Positions 51,085 to 62,041 of a stretch of DNA of 64,000 bases are shown piece after piece; the stretch's first letter is position 1; every line of letters begins with the position of its first letter. Where the stretch lies: NCBI GenBank assembly GCA_965238075.1, contig OZ250173.1, positions 1,888,001 through 1,952,000 on the forward strand, written 5' to 3'. The position numbers and the translations under genes were made by a program. The notes under the pieces are model-generated. The model was not told the origin of the DNA and did not search any database. It worked only from the letters and a program-made list of their open reading frames with translations. This DNA comes from Candidatus Entotheonellaceae bacterium (GTDB lineage Bacteria > Tectomicrobia > Entotheonellia > Entotheonellales > Entotheonellaceae).

Positions 51085-51824
51085 TCGGACGCGGCCGACG
51101 CGAGATAGAGCGCCAGATAGCCCACCTCGCGCAGTTCGCCGGGGCGTGTCAAGGGCACCCTGCGCGCCGCCATGTCCTTGGCTCGCTGCATCCCGTCGTC
51201 GCCGACCGTCACCGGATCGGGGAAAATGCCCGGCGCGATACTGTTCACGTGCACCCCATACGGCGCCCATTCGAGCGCCTGCGCCCGCGTAAAGCCGGAC
51301 AAGCCCGTCTTAGCAATTGAGTACACCACCATGTCGCCGCCGCCTTGCCGGGCGGTCCAGGACGAAATGTTGATCACCTTGCCCGATCGGCGCTCCAGCA
51401 TGTGCGGCCCGACGGCGCGGGTGCACAGGATCGCCTCGGTGAGATTGACGTCCATAACGCGGTTCAGTTCCTCGTCGGTCAAGGCAGCCGTTTCTTGCCC
51501 GGGCAGGGCCACCAGCGGCTTGTAAATGGCGTCACCCAGATTATTGATCAGAACGTCAATCCGCCCAAAGGTCTCCATGACCAGGTCGATCGCCTGTTGC
51601 ACACCGTCGGTGTTGGTGACGTCCGCGATCACCGGTACCACCTTGCGGCCGCTGGCTTCGGCGATCTCGGCCGCAACGCCCTCGACGTAGCGCGGGGTCA
51701 GCGAGTTGATCGCCACATCGGCGCCGGCCTCGGCGAGCACCCGGGCGATGCCCTTGCCGATGCCCCGCCCCGCTCCGGTAATGAAAACCACTTTGTCGGT
51801 CACATCAAAAGCTTCTGGAAGCAT
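51036..51824 (-). CDS. SDR oxidoreductase
   Basis: TGAGRGIG, YSIAK, VNSIAPG, TGQTLFLDGG. Confidence 0.92.
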   Translation of the reverse strand: MLPEAFDVTDKVVFITGAGRGIGKGIARVLAEAGADVAINSLTPRYVEGVAAEIAEASGRKVVPVIADVTNTDGVQQAIDLVMETFGRIDVLINNLGDAIYKPLVALPGQETAALTDEELNRVMDVNLTEAILCTRAVGPHMLERRSGKVINISSWTARQGGGDMVVYSIAKTGLSGFTRAQALEWAPYGVHVNSIAPGIFPDPVTVGDDGMQRAKDMAARRVPLTRPGELREVGYLALYLASAASDYMTGQTLFLDGGMSL

Positions 51825-51876
51825 GATTCAATTCCTTGAAGGTGGGTGTTGCCGATCCGTCGCACGGCTACTCGCC

Positions 51877-52860
51877 CTACGGCATCAGGATGGTTGAGCC
51901 TGTGGTCTTGCGCGCTTCCAGGTCGGCGTGGGCCTGTGCCGTATCGCTCAACTTGTACCGCTGATTGATCTCGACTTTCAAAACACCGTCGGCGATCAAG
52001 CCGAAAAGCTCCGCGGCGTTGCGCGCTCGAACCTCGGGGTCCTTCACGAAGAAATACAGGCCGCCGCGTGTCACGTTTTGCGCTTTCATCGCCAGACGGG
52101 CGGTATTCAGCAGCGGCGCCGGCCCCGAGGATTGGCCATAGGAAACCATCCAGCCGCGTGCGGCCAACACATCGATGCCTTTATCAAACGTGTCCTTGCC
52201 GACGGCGTCATAAATGACATTGGCGCCTTTTCCTTGCGTGAGATCGAGCACCGCGTCGCCGAAATCAACCTCGCGATAAAGGATCGGGTGATCGCATCCG
52301 TGAGCCTGAGCCAAGGCGGCTTTTTCTTTGGTTCCCACCGTGCCGATTACGGTTGCGCCCAGATGCTTCGCCCATTGGCAAAGCAGCAGCCCGACACCGC
52401 CGGCGGCGGCATGGACCAGCGCTGTGTCTCCGGGTTTCACCTTATAGAGGTCGCGCACCAGATAATGCGCCGTCAGGCCCTGGAGCGTCGAGGCCGCGGC
52501 GATCTCTTCGGTCGTCCTGCCATCCAGTTTAATCAGGTGATTGGCGCCGATCAGCCGTTGTTCGGAATAGCTGCCGCGCACCATGCAATAGGAAACGCGG
52601 TCGCCGGCAGCAAAACCGGCCACCTCAGGCCCGACCGCATCGATCACGCCGGCGCCTTCCATGCCCAAGGCGACGGGCAGGTCGTTCATCGGATAGCCGC
52701 CGGATCGTTGTTGGATGTCGATATAGTTCAGGCCGACTGCGGTATGACGGAGGCGGACCTCACCGGCACCCGGATCGCCGACCGATACGTCCTCCCAACG
52801 CATGACTTCGGCCCCGCCCGTCTCGTGAATACGGATCGCTTTAACAGTCATTTCGGTCAA
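51877..52860 (-). CDS. qor: NADPH:quinone oxidoreductase (zeta-crystallin type)
   Basis: GLNYID, GMEGAG, HAAAGGVG, YDAVGK, TTGS. Confidence 0.88.
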   Translation of the reverse strand: MTEMTVKAIRIHETGGAEVMRWEDVSVGDPGAGEVRLRHTAVGLNYIDIQQRSGGYPMNDLPVALGMEGAGVIDAVGPEVAGFAAGDRVSYCMVRGSYSEQRLIGANHLIKLDGRTTEEIAAASTLQGLTAHYLVRDLYKVKPGDTALVHAAAGGVGLLLCQWAKHLGATVIGTVGTKEKAALAQAHGCDHPILYREVDFGDAVLDLTQGKGANVIYDAVGKDTFDKGIDVLAARGWMVSYGQSSGPAPLLNTARLAMKAQNVTRGGLYFFVKDPEVRARNAAELFGLIADGVLKVEINQRYKLSDTAQAHADLEARKTTGSTILMP

Positions 52861-52878
52861 GGTACTTCCTCCCCCACC

Positions 52879-53175
52879 TCACTGGATTAATCGTAACTGA
52901 CAACGCGGCGAACCGAACCGGCGACGGGCCGGTTGCATCACGTCTACTTGGCGCCCGTTGGCCGGATCTTTTTCCCGGCTGATGATTCGCCGCGTTTCAA
53001 GTCGACTCAGCCGGTCGGACAGCACGTTGGTCGAAATGCCTTCACCGGCATCCAGGAAGTCCTGAAACCGGGTAGAGCCGCGAAACATCAAGTCGCGGAT
53101 AATCAATAACGACCAGCGATCCCCGAAGACGCCGAGCGCAAACCGAATTGGGCATTGATTGGGTTCGTAAATCAT
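52879..53175 (-). pseudogene. HxlR-family regulator, C-terminally truncated
   Basis: CPI..AL.VFGDRWSLLIIRDL..GISTNVLSDRL; lacks the usual Y.LT.KG wing. Confidence 0.7.
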
Positions 53176-53301
53176 GTGCTAGCGTACCGGCTTTGGAATC
53201 ACTTGCAAATAACAATTGGCTCTCACACACTACGGGCAAACATGTCAACGCCCAAGGGCAACGGCCACGTCATGATCACTCAAGACCATAGAGAGGCAGC
53301 G

Positions 53302-54192
53302 ATGAGCAAGCAGGCAGTTACATTTTATTCCCAGGGCTGCAAGCTGATGGGCGATCTCTACCGCCCGGACAATCTCGGCGGCGGCGAGACGCGGGCGGGG
53401 ATTTTGCTGTGCCACGGCTATACGGGCGTGAAAGATCTCTATCTGCCGGACAATGCGGCGGCGCTGGTTGCGGAAGGCTATGTCGTGCTCGCGTTCGACT
53501 ACAAGGGCTGGGGCGAGAGTGAAGGGCCGAAGAGCCACCTCAATCCGCACGGGCGTGTCGCCGATGCGCAAGCCGCGCTCACCTTTCTCGCCCTGCAGCC
53601 GGAGGTCGACGCGGATCGCCTTGGCGTGTACGGCACGAGCTATGGCGGCGCCACGGTGGTGTGGCTCGCCGCAGTCGATGAGCGCGTCAAATGCATGGTC
53701 TCGGTGGTCGGTGTCGGCCACGGCAAGCGCTGGATGCGCAGCGTCCGCCGGCCCGACGAATGGTTCGACCTGCTGGAGCAAAACGTCACCGATCGCGATC
53801 GCCGCCTGCGCACCGGCGAGTCAACCTATGTCGACCGAAGCGCCGTGCTGCTGCCGGACCGCCAATCGCTCGAACTTGCCACCGCGGCGCGCCGCGACAA
53901 CCCGACGGCGGTCAGCACCTTGCCCTTCGACTATGTCGACGACACGCTCGTATTCAACCCTGAATGGGTGGTCGACAAGATCGCGCCGCGCGCCGCGCTG
54001 TTCATCACCAGCGACCAGGATCGTCTGGTGCCGCCGGAAGAGTCGATCGCCCTGTACGAGCGCGCCGGTGAGCCCAAGAAACTCGTGACCCTCAAAGGCT
54101 ACGGCCATTACGAAGTCTATAGCGAGCCCGCCTTCTCCGAAGTGATGCGCGAAACCATAGCCTGGTACCAACGCTACGTGCCGGCGCGGTAG
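53302..54192 (+). CDS. Alpha/beta hydrolase
   Basis: CHGYTG, FDYKGWGESEG, GTSYGG, D.LVP, GHY. Confidence 0.9.
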   Translation: MSKQAVTFYSQGCKLMGDLYRPDNLGGGETRAGILLCHGYTGVKDLYLPDNAAALVAEGYVVLAFDYKGWGESEGPKSHLNPHGRVADAQAALTFLALQPEVDADRLGVYGTSYGGATVVWLAAVDERVKCMVSVVGVGHGKRWMRSVRRPDEWFDLLEQNVTDRDRRLRTGESTYVDRSAVLLPDRQSLELATAARRDNPTAVSTLPFDYVDDTLVFNPEWVVDKIAPRAALFITSDQDRLVPPEESIALYERAGEPKKLVTLKGYGHYEVYSEPAFSEVMRETIAWYQRYVPAR

Positions 54193-54316
54193 GCCGCGCT
54201 GCTAAACCTCTCGGGCCATTGATCAGGCTCATTGGGGAGTACCAAGCGGTCTACCGATTCGTCTGGCATCGGATGGCACCGTGTTTTGACCTCCGAATCA
54301 GGTGAGGGTTTCTTCA

Positions 54317-54946
54317 ATGGACAATGTCACGGTCGTCGATCATCCCCTGGTCCAGCACAAGCTGTCCCTCATGCGCCGAAAGGAAACCGATACCGCGCGG
54401 TTTCGGCTGCTCCTTCGTGAGATCTCCCTGTTACTTGGCTATGAAGTGACCCGCGATCTCGCAACTGAGACCCGCAAGATCCAGACGCCGCTTTCGGAGA
54501 CGCACGCGCCATTTCTGACGGGCAAGAAGCTCGTCCTTATCTCCATCCTGCGGGCGGGAAATGGGCTGCTGGAGGGGATGCTCGACCTCATCCCTTCGGC
54601 CCGTGTTGGGCATGTGGGGCTCTATCGCGATCCGCAGACGCTGGCAGCAATGGAATACTATTTCAAGGTGCCAGAGGATCTCGAGGACCGTGCGGTGATC
54701 GTCCTCGATCCCATGCTGGCGACAGGAAACTCGGCAATCGCCGCGGTGGCCAGGCTCAAGGAGGCGAACGCACGCCATATCAAGATGCTCTGTCTGCTTG
54801 CGGCGCCGGAGGGCATCGAGGCCTTCCACGCAGTCCACCCCGAGGTGGCGATTTTCGCCGCCGCCGTTGACGAACAGCTCAACGACCACGGATACATCAT
54901 TCCGGGGATCGGGGACGCTGGTGACAGGCTGTACGGCACCAAGTGA
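54317..54946 (+). CDS. upp: Uracil phosphoribosyltransferase
   Basis: [36 protein letters not shown]. Confidence 0.97.
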   Translation: MDNVTVVDHPLVQHKLSLMRRKETDTARFRLLLREISLLLGYEVTRDLATETRKIQTPLSETHAPFLTGKKLVLISILRAGNGLLEGMLDLIPSARVGHVGLYRDPQTLAAMEYYFKVPEDLEDRAVIVLDPMLATGNSAIAAVARLKEANARHIKMLCLLAAPEGIEAFHAVHPEVAIFAAAVDEQLNDHGYIIPGIGDAGDRLYGTK

Positions 54947-54959
54947 TCCATCCTCGGGG

Positions 54960-55080
54960 GCTGATCTCTTCATGATCGACTGGATCATGAACCCCGACAC
55001 GCGGCGGCGCGCTCAGGTCGGACTGAACAAGGGTGAGGACCATCACGCCCTCAAACGCGCCATCGCCCTGGGGCGGCGCC
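54960..55080 (+). pseudogene. Tn3-family transposase fragment
   Basis: LFMIDWI..RRRAQVGLNKGEDHHALKRAI. Confidence 0.7.
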
Positions 55081-55243
55081 GATTCCGGGTACGCCGTCGT
55101 GTAGCGGGTTGTGCCAAGCCGGAAGGAGTCGGAAGGGGCGCGGATTTGAGTCTGGGGAGATATCGACGTCATCGCTGCCTTCCGCTGACTGATTCCGTGT
55201 GTGTCGTTCGGATGCGGGGAATCTTGCGAATCGAGGACTGAAG

Positions 55244-55831
55244 ATGACTCGGACACGTTGCAGCTGGGTGAACGATGATTCGCTCTACGTTGCTTATCAC
55301 GACGAGGAATGGGGGGTCCCGGTCCGCGACGACCGCGGACTCTACGAGATGCTGGTGCTCGAGGGCGCGCAGGCCGGCCTGAGCTGGTACACCATTCTGA
55401 AGAAGCGCGAGGCGTACCGGCGCGCCTTCGACGGGTTCGATCCGGACCGCATCGCGCGCTACGACGACAAGAAAATCGCATCGCTCCTCGAAGACCCAGG
55501 TATCGTGCGCAACCGCCTCAAGGTACAGGCCGCGATTGGCAATGCGCGCGCGTGGTTGGATGTGCGCGAGTCGGGCATTCGGTTCTCGGAATTCCTGTGG
55601 GCGTTCAGCGGCGGCGCGCCCGTCGTCAACGCCTGGCGTCGGCTCGAAGATGTCCCCGCCGCGACGCCGGTCTCCGAGGCGATGAGCAGAGCGCTCAAGG
55701 CCCGCGAATTCCGCTTCGTCGGTCCCACCATCTGCTACGCCTTCATGCAGGCCGTGGGGATGGTGAACGATCACGTTACCTCGTGCTTTCGCTGGCAGGA
55801 ATGCAAGGGGCTGATGGAGAATGCGCATTGA
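55244..55831 (+). CDS. tag: DNA-3-methyladenine glycosylase I
   Basis: RCSW..YHDEEWG, EGAQAGLSW, FVGPTICYAFMQAVGMVNDH. Confidence 0.96.
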   Translation: MTRTRCSWVNDDSLYVAYHDEEWGVPVRDDRGLYEMLVLEGAQAGLSWYTILKKREAYRRAFDGFDPDRIARYDDKKIASLLEDPGIVRNRLKVQAAIGNARAWLDVRESGIRFSEFLWAFSGGAPVVNAWRRLEDVPAATPVSEAMSRALKAREFRFVGPTICYAFMQAVGMVNDHVTSCFRWQECKGLMENAH

Positions 55832-55915
55832 GGGGAGTACCAGAACGTACACCTTAACCGAGCCGCCAGGATGTCCAAAACACCGGGCTCAACCCCGCGT
55901 TCGGGTCGGCGGGGG

Positions 55916-57289
55916 TCAGAACTCCCAGCGCAAGCGCATTCCCACGCCGTTCACCGTACCGCCTTCCTGGTTCCCCTGTTCGTCCAGATTGTCGACTTCG
56001 GCATGAACATAGTTCAACGACAAACGGACATAGGGGTTGAAATACCAGTTCAACGCCAGAGAGACATTGTTGCTGACGCCGCCGCGCACCCCGCCCACGA
56101 GGTCGTCAACTTCGTCGTCGAGATCGATATGGCTGACGCGTGCCGCGACCTCAAACGCACCCCAGCCGCCGCTGCCCCACGGATCGAACTCGCGATGCGG
56201 CGCCACACGCCAGAACGAGCCGAGGCGCTGATAGTAATTGCGCGACTCACCGGTCAGGAAATAACTGCCAAGCAGGTAGTATCCGTTGAACGACAGGTCG
56301 GGATAGGCGGCGCCACCCGGCCCGTTGTCGCGGTCGATGCCGAGGCGCTGAAGCTCGCCCTGAAACGACCACCGCCCGTAGACGCCGGCGAGCTCAAGCG
56401 ACGTGTAATGGAAGCTGTCAACATACCCGATACGGCCCGTGTCCACGACGAAGCCCTCCTCATCGATGCGGAGTTCCGGGCGCGCTTTGAACTGCTCACC
56501 GCCGCTGGCCTCCCCTTTCAATAGGGTGGGTTTGCGCCAATAGCCTGCGACTCCGAAGTGAAGCGCCTTCGTTCGCTCGACGATGGGGGCGTAGCTGACG
56601 CGGCCATGCACGCCATAGCCTTCCCGATCACCACCCATCTCCTTGACGGGCACGCTCCAGACGCCAAGCCGAATGTTGTGATGGGCGCCGCGGTGTGATA
56701 CCGAGGCACCGAGCGAGGGCGTGCCCGGCGCGTAGCCGAGCGCGCCCGAGGCCATCGACTCCTCCATGAACGAGCGGATGCCGCGTGCCGCGTCGAGGGG
56801 CGATGCGATGTTGTGTTGGCCGACTCTTATCCACCAGGGGTCGAAGCCGCGGTAGATGACCACGGCGGAACGCAGGCCGTCGCTGAAACGGTCGTCGCGA
56901 TCAGTGAAGTTCCACGACCCGAAGACAATGAAGTCCTTGTAGAGCAGCGCGTTGGCGATCAGGATCGCGCGCCGGTCGCGCACGCCGTCTTCAAGATTGT
57001 CGATTGAGGTGCCGCCGCGCGTGCCCGACTTCCCATAGTGCCCGGCATCGAAGTCGAGCAGCAAACCGGCGCCGACGCTGATATTCCCGTCGCGGCTGGT
57101 ATAGCGTGGCAGCGGGCCGAAGAACGCCCTCTCCGGGTCGTAGGCGCGGGTACCGGCGCCTGCGAGCGCCTTGTCTTTGACGGCTTCTTCCCGGTCTGCC
57201 GGTGCAGCTTGTTCCGGCGCTGCGGCAGACACCGCAACGAGCGATACCATGACCAGGGCGGCCATGAAGATGACGCATTTATACGACAC
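55916..57289 (-). CDS. OprO/OprP-family porin
   Basis: Signal peptide; FKARPE, SYFLTGE, GAFEVAARVS..DL, LNWYFNP, terminal F; start uncertain. Confidence 0.85.
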   Translation of the reverse strand: MSYKCVIFMAALVMVSLVAVSAAAPEQAAPADREEAVKDKALAGAGTRAYDPERAFFGPLPRYTSRDGNISVGAGLLLDFDAGHYGKSGTRGGTSIDNLEDGVRDRRAILIANALLYKDFIVFGSWNFTDRDDRFSDGLRSAVVIYRGFDPWWIRVGQHNIASPLDAARGIRSFMEESMASGALGYAPGTPSLGASVSHRGAHHNIRLGVWSVPVKEMGGDREGYGVHGRVSYAPIVERTKALHFGVAGYWRKPTLLKGEASGGEQFKARPELRIDEEGFVVDTGRIGYVDSFHYTSLELAGVYGRWSFQGELQRLGIDRDNGPGGAAYPDLSFNGYYLLGSYFLTGESRNYYQRLGSFWRVAPHREFDPWGSGGWGAFEVAARVSHIDLDDEVDDLVGGVRGGVSNNVSLALNWYFNPYVRLSLNYVHAEVDNLDEQGNQEGGTVNGVGMRLRWEF

Positions 57290-57717
57290 GTGTTCGAATC
57301 CTTTCTCGATGGATGGCGTTGCGGTTTCACCTCTGCAGTGAAGCGGACCGAGTGCGTGTCTTGCAGTTATCCTTGATCGGGCGACCGGACGGCCACCCTG
57401 CGTCTGACTACTTGAGCGCTGGCGGAAAGGTTGAGCCGCGGTTGTAGAGCGTCTTGTGCGGGCATAGCAGACAGGTGCATGGCGCCACATCAAGCCGTAA
57501 CGGATAGCGTGAATGATACCACTGAACCCCTATAGGGGCAGTGCGCCACCGGTCGGCAACGGGCAGTCTCAAGCGAACAGCCAAATTTTCCTGACAAGGC
57601 TCCGCTATCATGGCGCACATCACGAAGCGTCGTTTGCGGAAGGGCGCGAAAATCACAAGAACAGTTTTGCCAGGTGTTTGAAGAGAACACAAAATTGAAC
57701 GGGAGGCCGGGGGACAC

Positions 57718-58470
57718 ATGGGAAGGCTACTTGAAGGACATATCGCGGTGGTGACCGGGGCGGGATCGGGCATCGGCCGAGCGATCGCCAAGGGCTACGC
57801 CGCGGAAGGCGCGCGGGTGATGGCCGCCGACATCAACGAGGACGGGGCGAGGGAGACCGCCGCGATGATCACCGAGGCCGGCGGCACGGCCGTCAGCGGT
57901 GCCCTCGACGTAACCAACCGCGCTTCCTGCGCGGCGCTGGCAGAGACGGTCGAGCGACAGCTCGGCGCGGCATCGGTACTGGTCAACAATGCCGGCATCG
58001 TGCGATGCGAGACGATTTCGGCCCCCAACGCGGATGCCGATTGGGACGCGGTTATGGCCGTCAACGCGACCGGCGTGTACAACGTGACCAAGGCGTTCCT
58101 CGAGGCGCTGAAACAGACCAAGGGACGGATCGTCAATATCGGCTCAATCCAGAGCCAGGTGCACACTGGCAACGCCGCTGTCTATACCGTGGCCAAGCAC
58201 GGCGTACTCGGTTTGACCCGTGCGTTGGCGGCGGAGTTGGGACCGGACGGCATTCGGGTCAACGCCATCGGGCCCGGTCTGATCCGCACGCCGCTCAACG
58301 CCGAGATTCGGGCGAATCCGGATATTGCGGCGCGGTTCCTGCGCCGCACGCCGCTCGGCCGTGCCGGCGAGCCGGAAGACATTGCCGGCCCAGCGATCTT
58401 CCTGGCGTCCGGCCTGTCGGCTTTTGTGACGGGGGTGCTTCGCCGTGGATGGCGGGTATCTGACGCTTTA
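57718..58470 (+). CDS. SDR oxidoreductase (frameshift near 58440 in the last codons)
   Basis: TGAGSGIG, VNNAG, YTVAKHG; canonical AVDGGYLTL-stop is in another frame ending at 58470. Confidence 0.85.
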
Positions 58471-58671
58471 ACGCTGGCCGAAGGCGGCATTCGCCATCAA
58501 CCCGCATCATCCGCCTCGTCGTAGCGCGACAGAAGGACTCGATCTGCAGCTGCGGGAACGCCGCGCCGGCCCAACATTTCCAGGCTTTTGCCGCAAAACG
58601 GCCCTCCCGGTGGAGATCAGCCTACCGTTGCGAATTTACATGACATACCTGCACGGCGCGTCTCGCCGCGC

Positions 58672-60465
58672 CTAACGGCCGGCCGGCAGAATGCCGATCG
58701 CGCGGCCTGGGCCGCCGTGGTTGTTCTCGATCTTCGGATTGAGGAACACGTAGAACGCGCCCTTCGCCGGCAGTTGGCCCACGCCCGTCAGGTACTCGGT
58801 GAAAATCATGCCCTCGTTGGCCGCGGCCCAGTAGGTGAATGCCCGCTCCTTCGGATCGACCGAGCCGGCCGACGGCGCGTCGATGGCGACGTGGCGGACC
58901 CCCTTGCCGGCGAGGTACTGGATGGTCTCCGGCGTCACCGCCGCCCAGCCTTCCATCTGACCGTCCAACGGCGCTTTGAGCGCCCGTTCCAGGCGGTTGC
59001 GCAGCATCGGACGGAAATGGGCGTCGGTATGGCCGGTCTGGAAGATCACGACCTCGCCAGCCTTGAGGTTGCCATGCGCCAACTCATGCGCCCTGACCAC
59101 GTCGACGGTAATCGCGGGCGACGCCGGCCAATCTTCTTGGCTGGTCGAGCCGGAGAGGTTCTGCACGTTGATGACGCGCGCCGGGCCCATCATCTGGCTG
59201 ACCGGCACCTTGTCCGAGGTCATGTCGGTAACCTTGATCTGGCCGTACTTGCCCTCGAACTCCTCGGCCCAGGTGCGGACCTCCGGTGCGTAGTCGGCCA
59301 CGCTGAAGCCGGCGGGCAGGCCATAATGCGCCGGCGGCGAGATATGGGTGCCGGTGCGCGAGTCCATGATCTGTGAGTTCACCCAATACTGCGCGTAGCC
59401 GTCATAGCCGTTCACCGGCTCGATGCGGAAGAACGGGAAGGCGAAGTTGCCGACGCCCGCACCCAGCCAATAGACAGGCAGGTCGTCGCCGTTGAGGACC
59501 GACAGGTCAACCACGCGCTGTGCCTTGATGGCCCGTGACAACTCGGCCGCGAGCGCGACGTCGGTGATCGCCGCCGCGCGGGTCTGTACGGTCGGCGTGT
59601 TCTGGATCTTGACCGGCAGCGCGATGAACACGGAGCCGTCGGGGACCTTGTCCAGGTTTAACAACCCCTCCACGTCGACGCCGCCATGCTTGAACACGCC
59701 AAGATGGCTTTCGATCGCCTTGAAGGTCTCCGTACGGTAGCTCTGGGGGCCGCCCCATTCATAGTCCGGCGGGCCAAAGGCGCCAATGCTCGGGCTGTCC
59801 AGCCCGACCAGCGCCACTCCCTTACCGCCGACATAGTCGGACGTGTCGAAGTTCGGGGCCGGCCAGGCCGGCGCCTTGCCAAGCAGCACGTCGATCTGTG
59901 GCCGGTCCGGCGATTGATCGGGCGCACCGCGCTTGTCGTTGTAGCTGCTCCAGTAGATCACCGCATCGCCGCGCGTCAAGTCGCGACCGAGCGCTTGCTC
60001 GGCCTGCTTGACCATGTCCACGGTGAAGATCGGGCTCTGTCCGTTCGGCGCCTGATCGTAGATACTGCGACCGTCGATCTTGACCACCTCGCCGACCAGT
60101 TGCCAAGCCGGCAGCTTGTCGCAGGTCAGGAAGCCCCAATAGCCGGCGTTCGGCAGGCCCGAGTCCTGATGGGCCATCATGTGCGGCGGGCAATCGAGCT
60201 GAGTTGCCGTGTCGTTGTCAACGATGATCAGATCGGCGGTGTACGGGCTCGACCCATGCCGGATATAGGGAAAGATCACCGGCCGGTGGTGCCGCTGCCC
60301 GCCCGGCCAGTTCTGTTTAAGTGACATCGAGATGGTCGGCGAAAGATCGATCACCGATCCCGGCTCCGGAACCTTGTACTGAGCGGCCGCGACTCCCGAC
60401 GCGATATACCAGACGATTGCGGCGGCGCAGATAGCGCCGAATGTGTTGTGTCGCTTTTGCATCAC
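58672..60465 (-). CDS. Secreted tandem cyclase-family (kynurenine formamidase-like) protein
   Basis: Signal peptide; two DLS...T.T.xx.PP.H...D.PS...E.L domains. Confidence 0.8.
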   Translation of the reverse strand: MMQKRHNTFGAICAAAIVWYIASGVAAAQYKVPEPGSVIDLSPTISMSLKQNWPGGQRHHRPVIFPYIRHGSSPYTADLIIVDNDTATQLDCPPHMMAHQDSGLPNAGYWGFLTCDKLPAWQLVGEVVKIDGRSIYDQAPNGQSPIFTVDMVKQAEQALGRDLTRGDAVIYWSSYNDKRGAPDQSPDRPQIDVLLGKAPAWPAPNFDTSDYVGGKGVALVGLDSPSIGAFGPPDYEWGGPQSYRTETFKAIESHLGVFKHGGVDVEGLLNLDKVPDGSVFIALPVKIQNTPTVQTRAAAITDVALAAELSRAIKAQRVVDLSVLNGDDLPVYWLGAGVGNFAFPFFRIEPVNGYDGYAQYWVNSQIMDSRTGTHISPPAHYGLPAGFSVADYAPEVRTWAEEFEGKYGQIKVTDMTSDKVPVSQMMGPARVINVQNLSGSTSQEDWPASPAITVDVVRAHELAHGNLKAGEVVIFQTGHTDAHFRPMLRNRLERALKAPLDGQMEGWAAVTPETIQYLAGKGVRHVAIDAPSAGSVDPKERAFTYWAAANEGMIFTEYLTGVGQLPAKGAFYVFLNPKIENNHGGPGRAIGILPAGR

Positions 60466-60795
60466 GTGTCTCCCCTTCGGTTTTCGCCTCGGTTGCGAGG
60501 CTGTCTATCGTCTTGGCCCTGCCTTTGCCAAGCACGGCCAGCGAAGCGGCCGTCCTGCAAGGCGGCGACCCTAACTAAATCCGATCGATCGGAATCTGAT
60601 CTCAAAGGACGACGATCACTTAAACAGTGTATCGGAATCGAAGCGTCATGGGAATGAGCGGCGCGCGGGCCGTTTTCGCAGGCCAAAATGCCGGATTTGG
60701 GCGTGTCAGCCCCGCATCGGGCCGACTTCGGGGCCGCGAGCGGCTGCGCGACCGCCGCTTGGTTCCCGCCGCCGCCCCAGGGAGGGCTGGTGAGG

Positions 60796-61011
60796 TCAGT
60801 TGCCTTCGGCGTAGTCCTGGAAGGTCTGGCCCATGTCGGGTGGAACGTCGCCCACTCCGTGGGATCCGAAGTGATGCTCCCCCAGCCACATGGCCTCGAA
60901 GCCAAGCTCCTCGGCCAGGATGGTCTGCTGTCTGAGGTTGTCCAGCAAATTCGCAGCGTTCGTGGCGTCTTCCGCGGATGCCGCCACCGTGGTAAACGCC
61001 GCAAACTTCAT
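60796..61011 (-). pseudogene. LLM-class oxidoreductase N-terminal fragment
   Basis: LAEELGFEAMWLGEHHF then loss of homology. Confidence 0.75.
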
Positions 61012-61322
61012 CTTGAGACCTCTCTACGGATTCATTCAACCCCTTCCGCATGACCTCCTATTATCGGGTTCCGCCGTGCTTGTGCCAGTTCGTAGACACA
61101 CCCGCTTTGCCGTTCAACAGACGCGACAACGTTCCGCGGTCGCAACCCAAACGAGTCGCTGTCTCGGTGACGTTCCAGCCAACCTCTTCCATGCTCTCAC
61201 GGATCAGTTCATCCAGATGCGGCGGGTTCAGCATAGGAGCTACACGTTCGCTATCGTTACTGCTCCTAGGCGAAAGCCTCTTTCATGTTATCACCACCGA
61301 CAATTGTCAACCGACAGGCGAC

Positions 61323-61617
61323 ATGATAGAGTCGCGCCATGGTTATGTTGTTTCGTTATTGCGGCCTCAAGGCTCTCTACGATGGCAGGACAACACGGCG
61401 TGTGGCGCCAGATCATGTCCGCAAGTTGCTGGATATATTAGCGGCCCTTGACCGTAGTCGAGGGCCGGAAGGCATGGACTTGCCGGGATTCAGACTGCAT
61501 GAGTTGAGGGGCCGGCTGAAGGGTCATTACGCGGTGTCGGTGTCAGGAAACTGGCGGGTGACCTTCCGATTCGAGGACGGGTCGGCCGTTGATGTCGATT
61601 ATGTGGACTACCATTGA
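61323..61617 (+). CDS. higB: HigB (plasmid maintenance killer/RelE) toxin; 5' end irregular
   Basis: [36 protein letters not shown] start (61323) is out of frame. Confidence 0.8.
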
Positions 61618-61628
61618 GGAGATTGAGC

Positions 61629-61916
61629 ATGGCCATGCACAACCCGCCGCATCCCGGCGGAATCGTGAAGCGGCAATGCTTGGAGCCCTTGGGCCTATCT
61701 GTGACGCGGGCTGCCGAGGGATTGGGTGTGACTCGGCAAGCCCTCTCCGAGCTTCTGAATGGCAGGACGGGAATTTCAGTCGAGATGGCGATCCGTTTGT
61801 CGAAGGCGTTCGGGTCGACTCCGGAGACGTGGCTCGGCATGCAACTGGCCTACGACCTGTGGCAGGCGCGTGACCGTGCCGAACAGATAAAGGTTGAGCG
61901 TTTCGTCGTGGCCTGA
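61629..61916 (+). CDS. higA: HigA antitoxin
   Basis: [32 protein letters not shown]. Confidence 0.93.
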   Translation: MAMHNPPHPGGIVKRQCLEPLGLSVTRAAEGLGVTRQALSELLNGRTGISVEMAIRLSKAFGSTPETWLGMQLAYDLWQARDRAEQIKVERFVVA

Positions 61917-62041
61917 GTTCGCGGTTTGCTGATAAACGGTCGGCATGAGAGGCTCGGAGGCAAAATTTCGTGTGACAACTTGGTGTGTGTTGGGTTAAGA
62001 GCATTCTCCCATGCGGTCAAACCATAAAGAGATAAGCCTCA

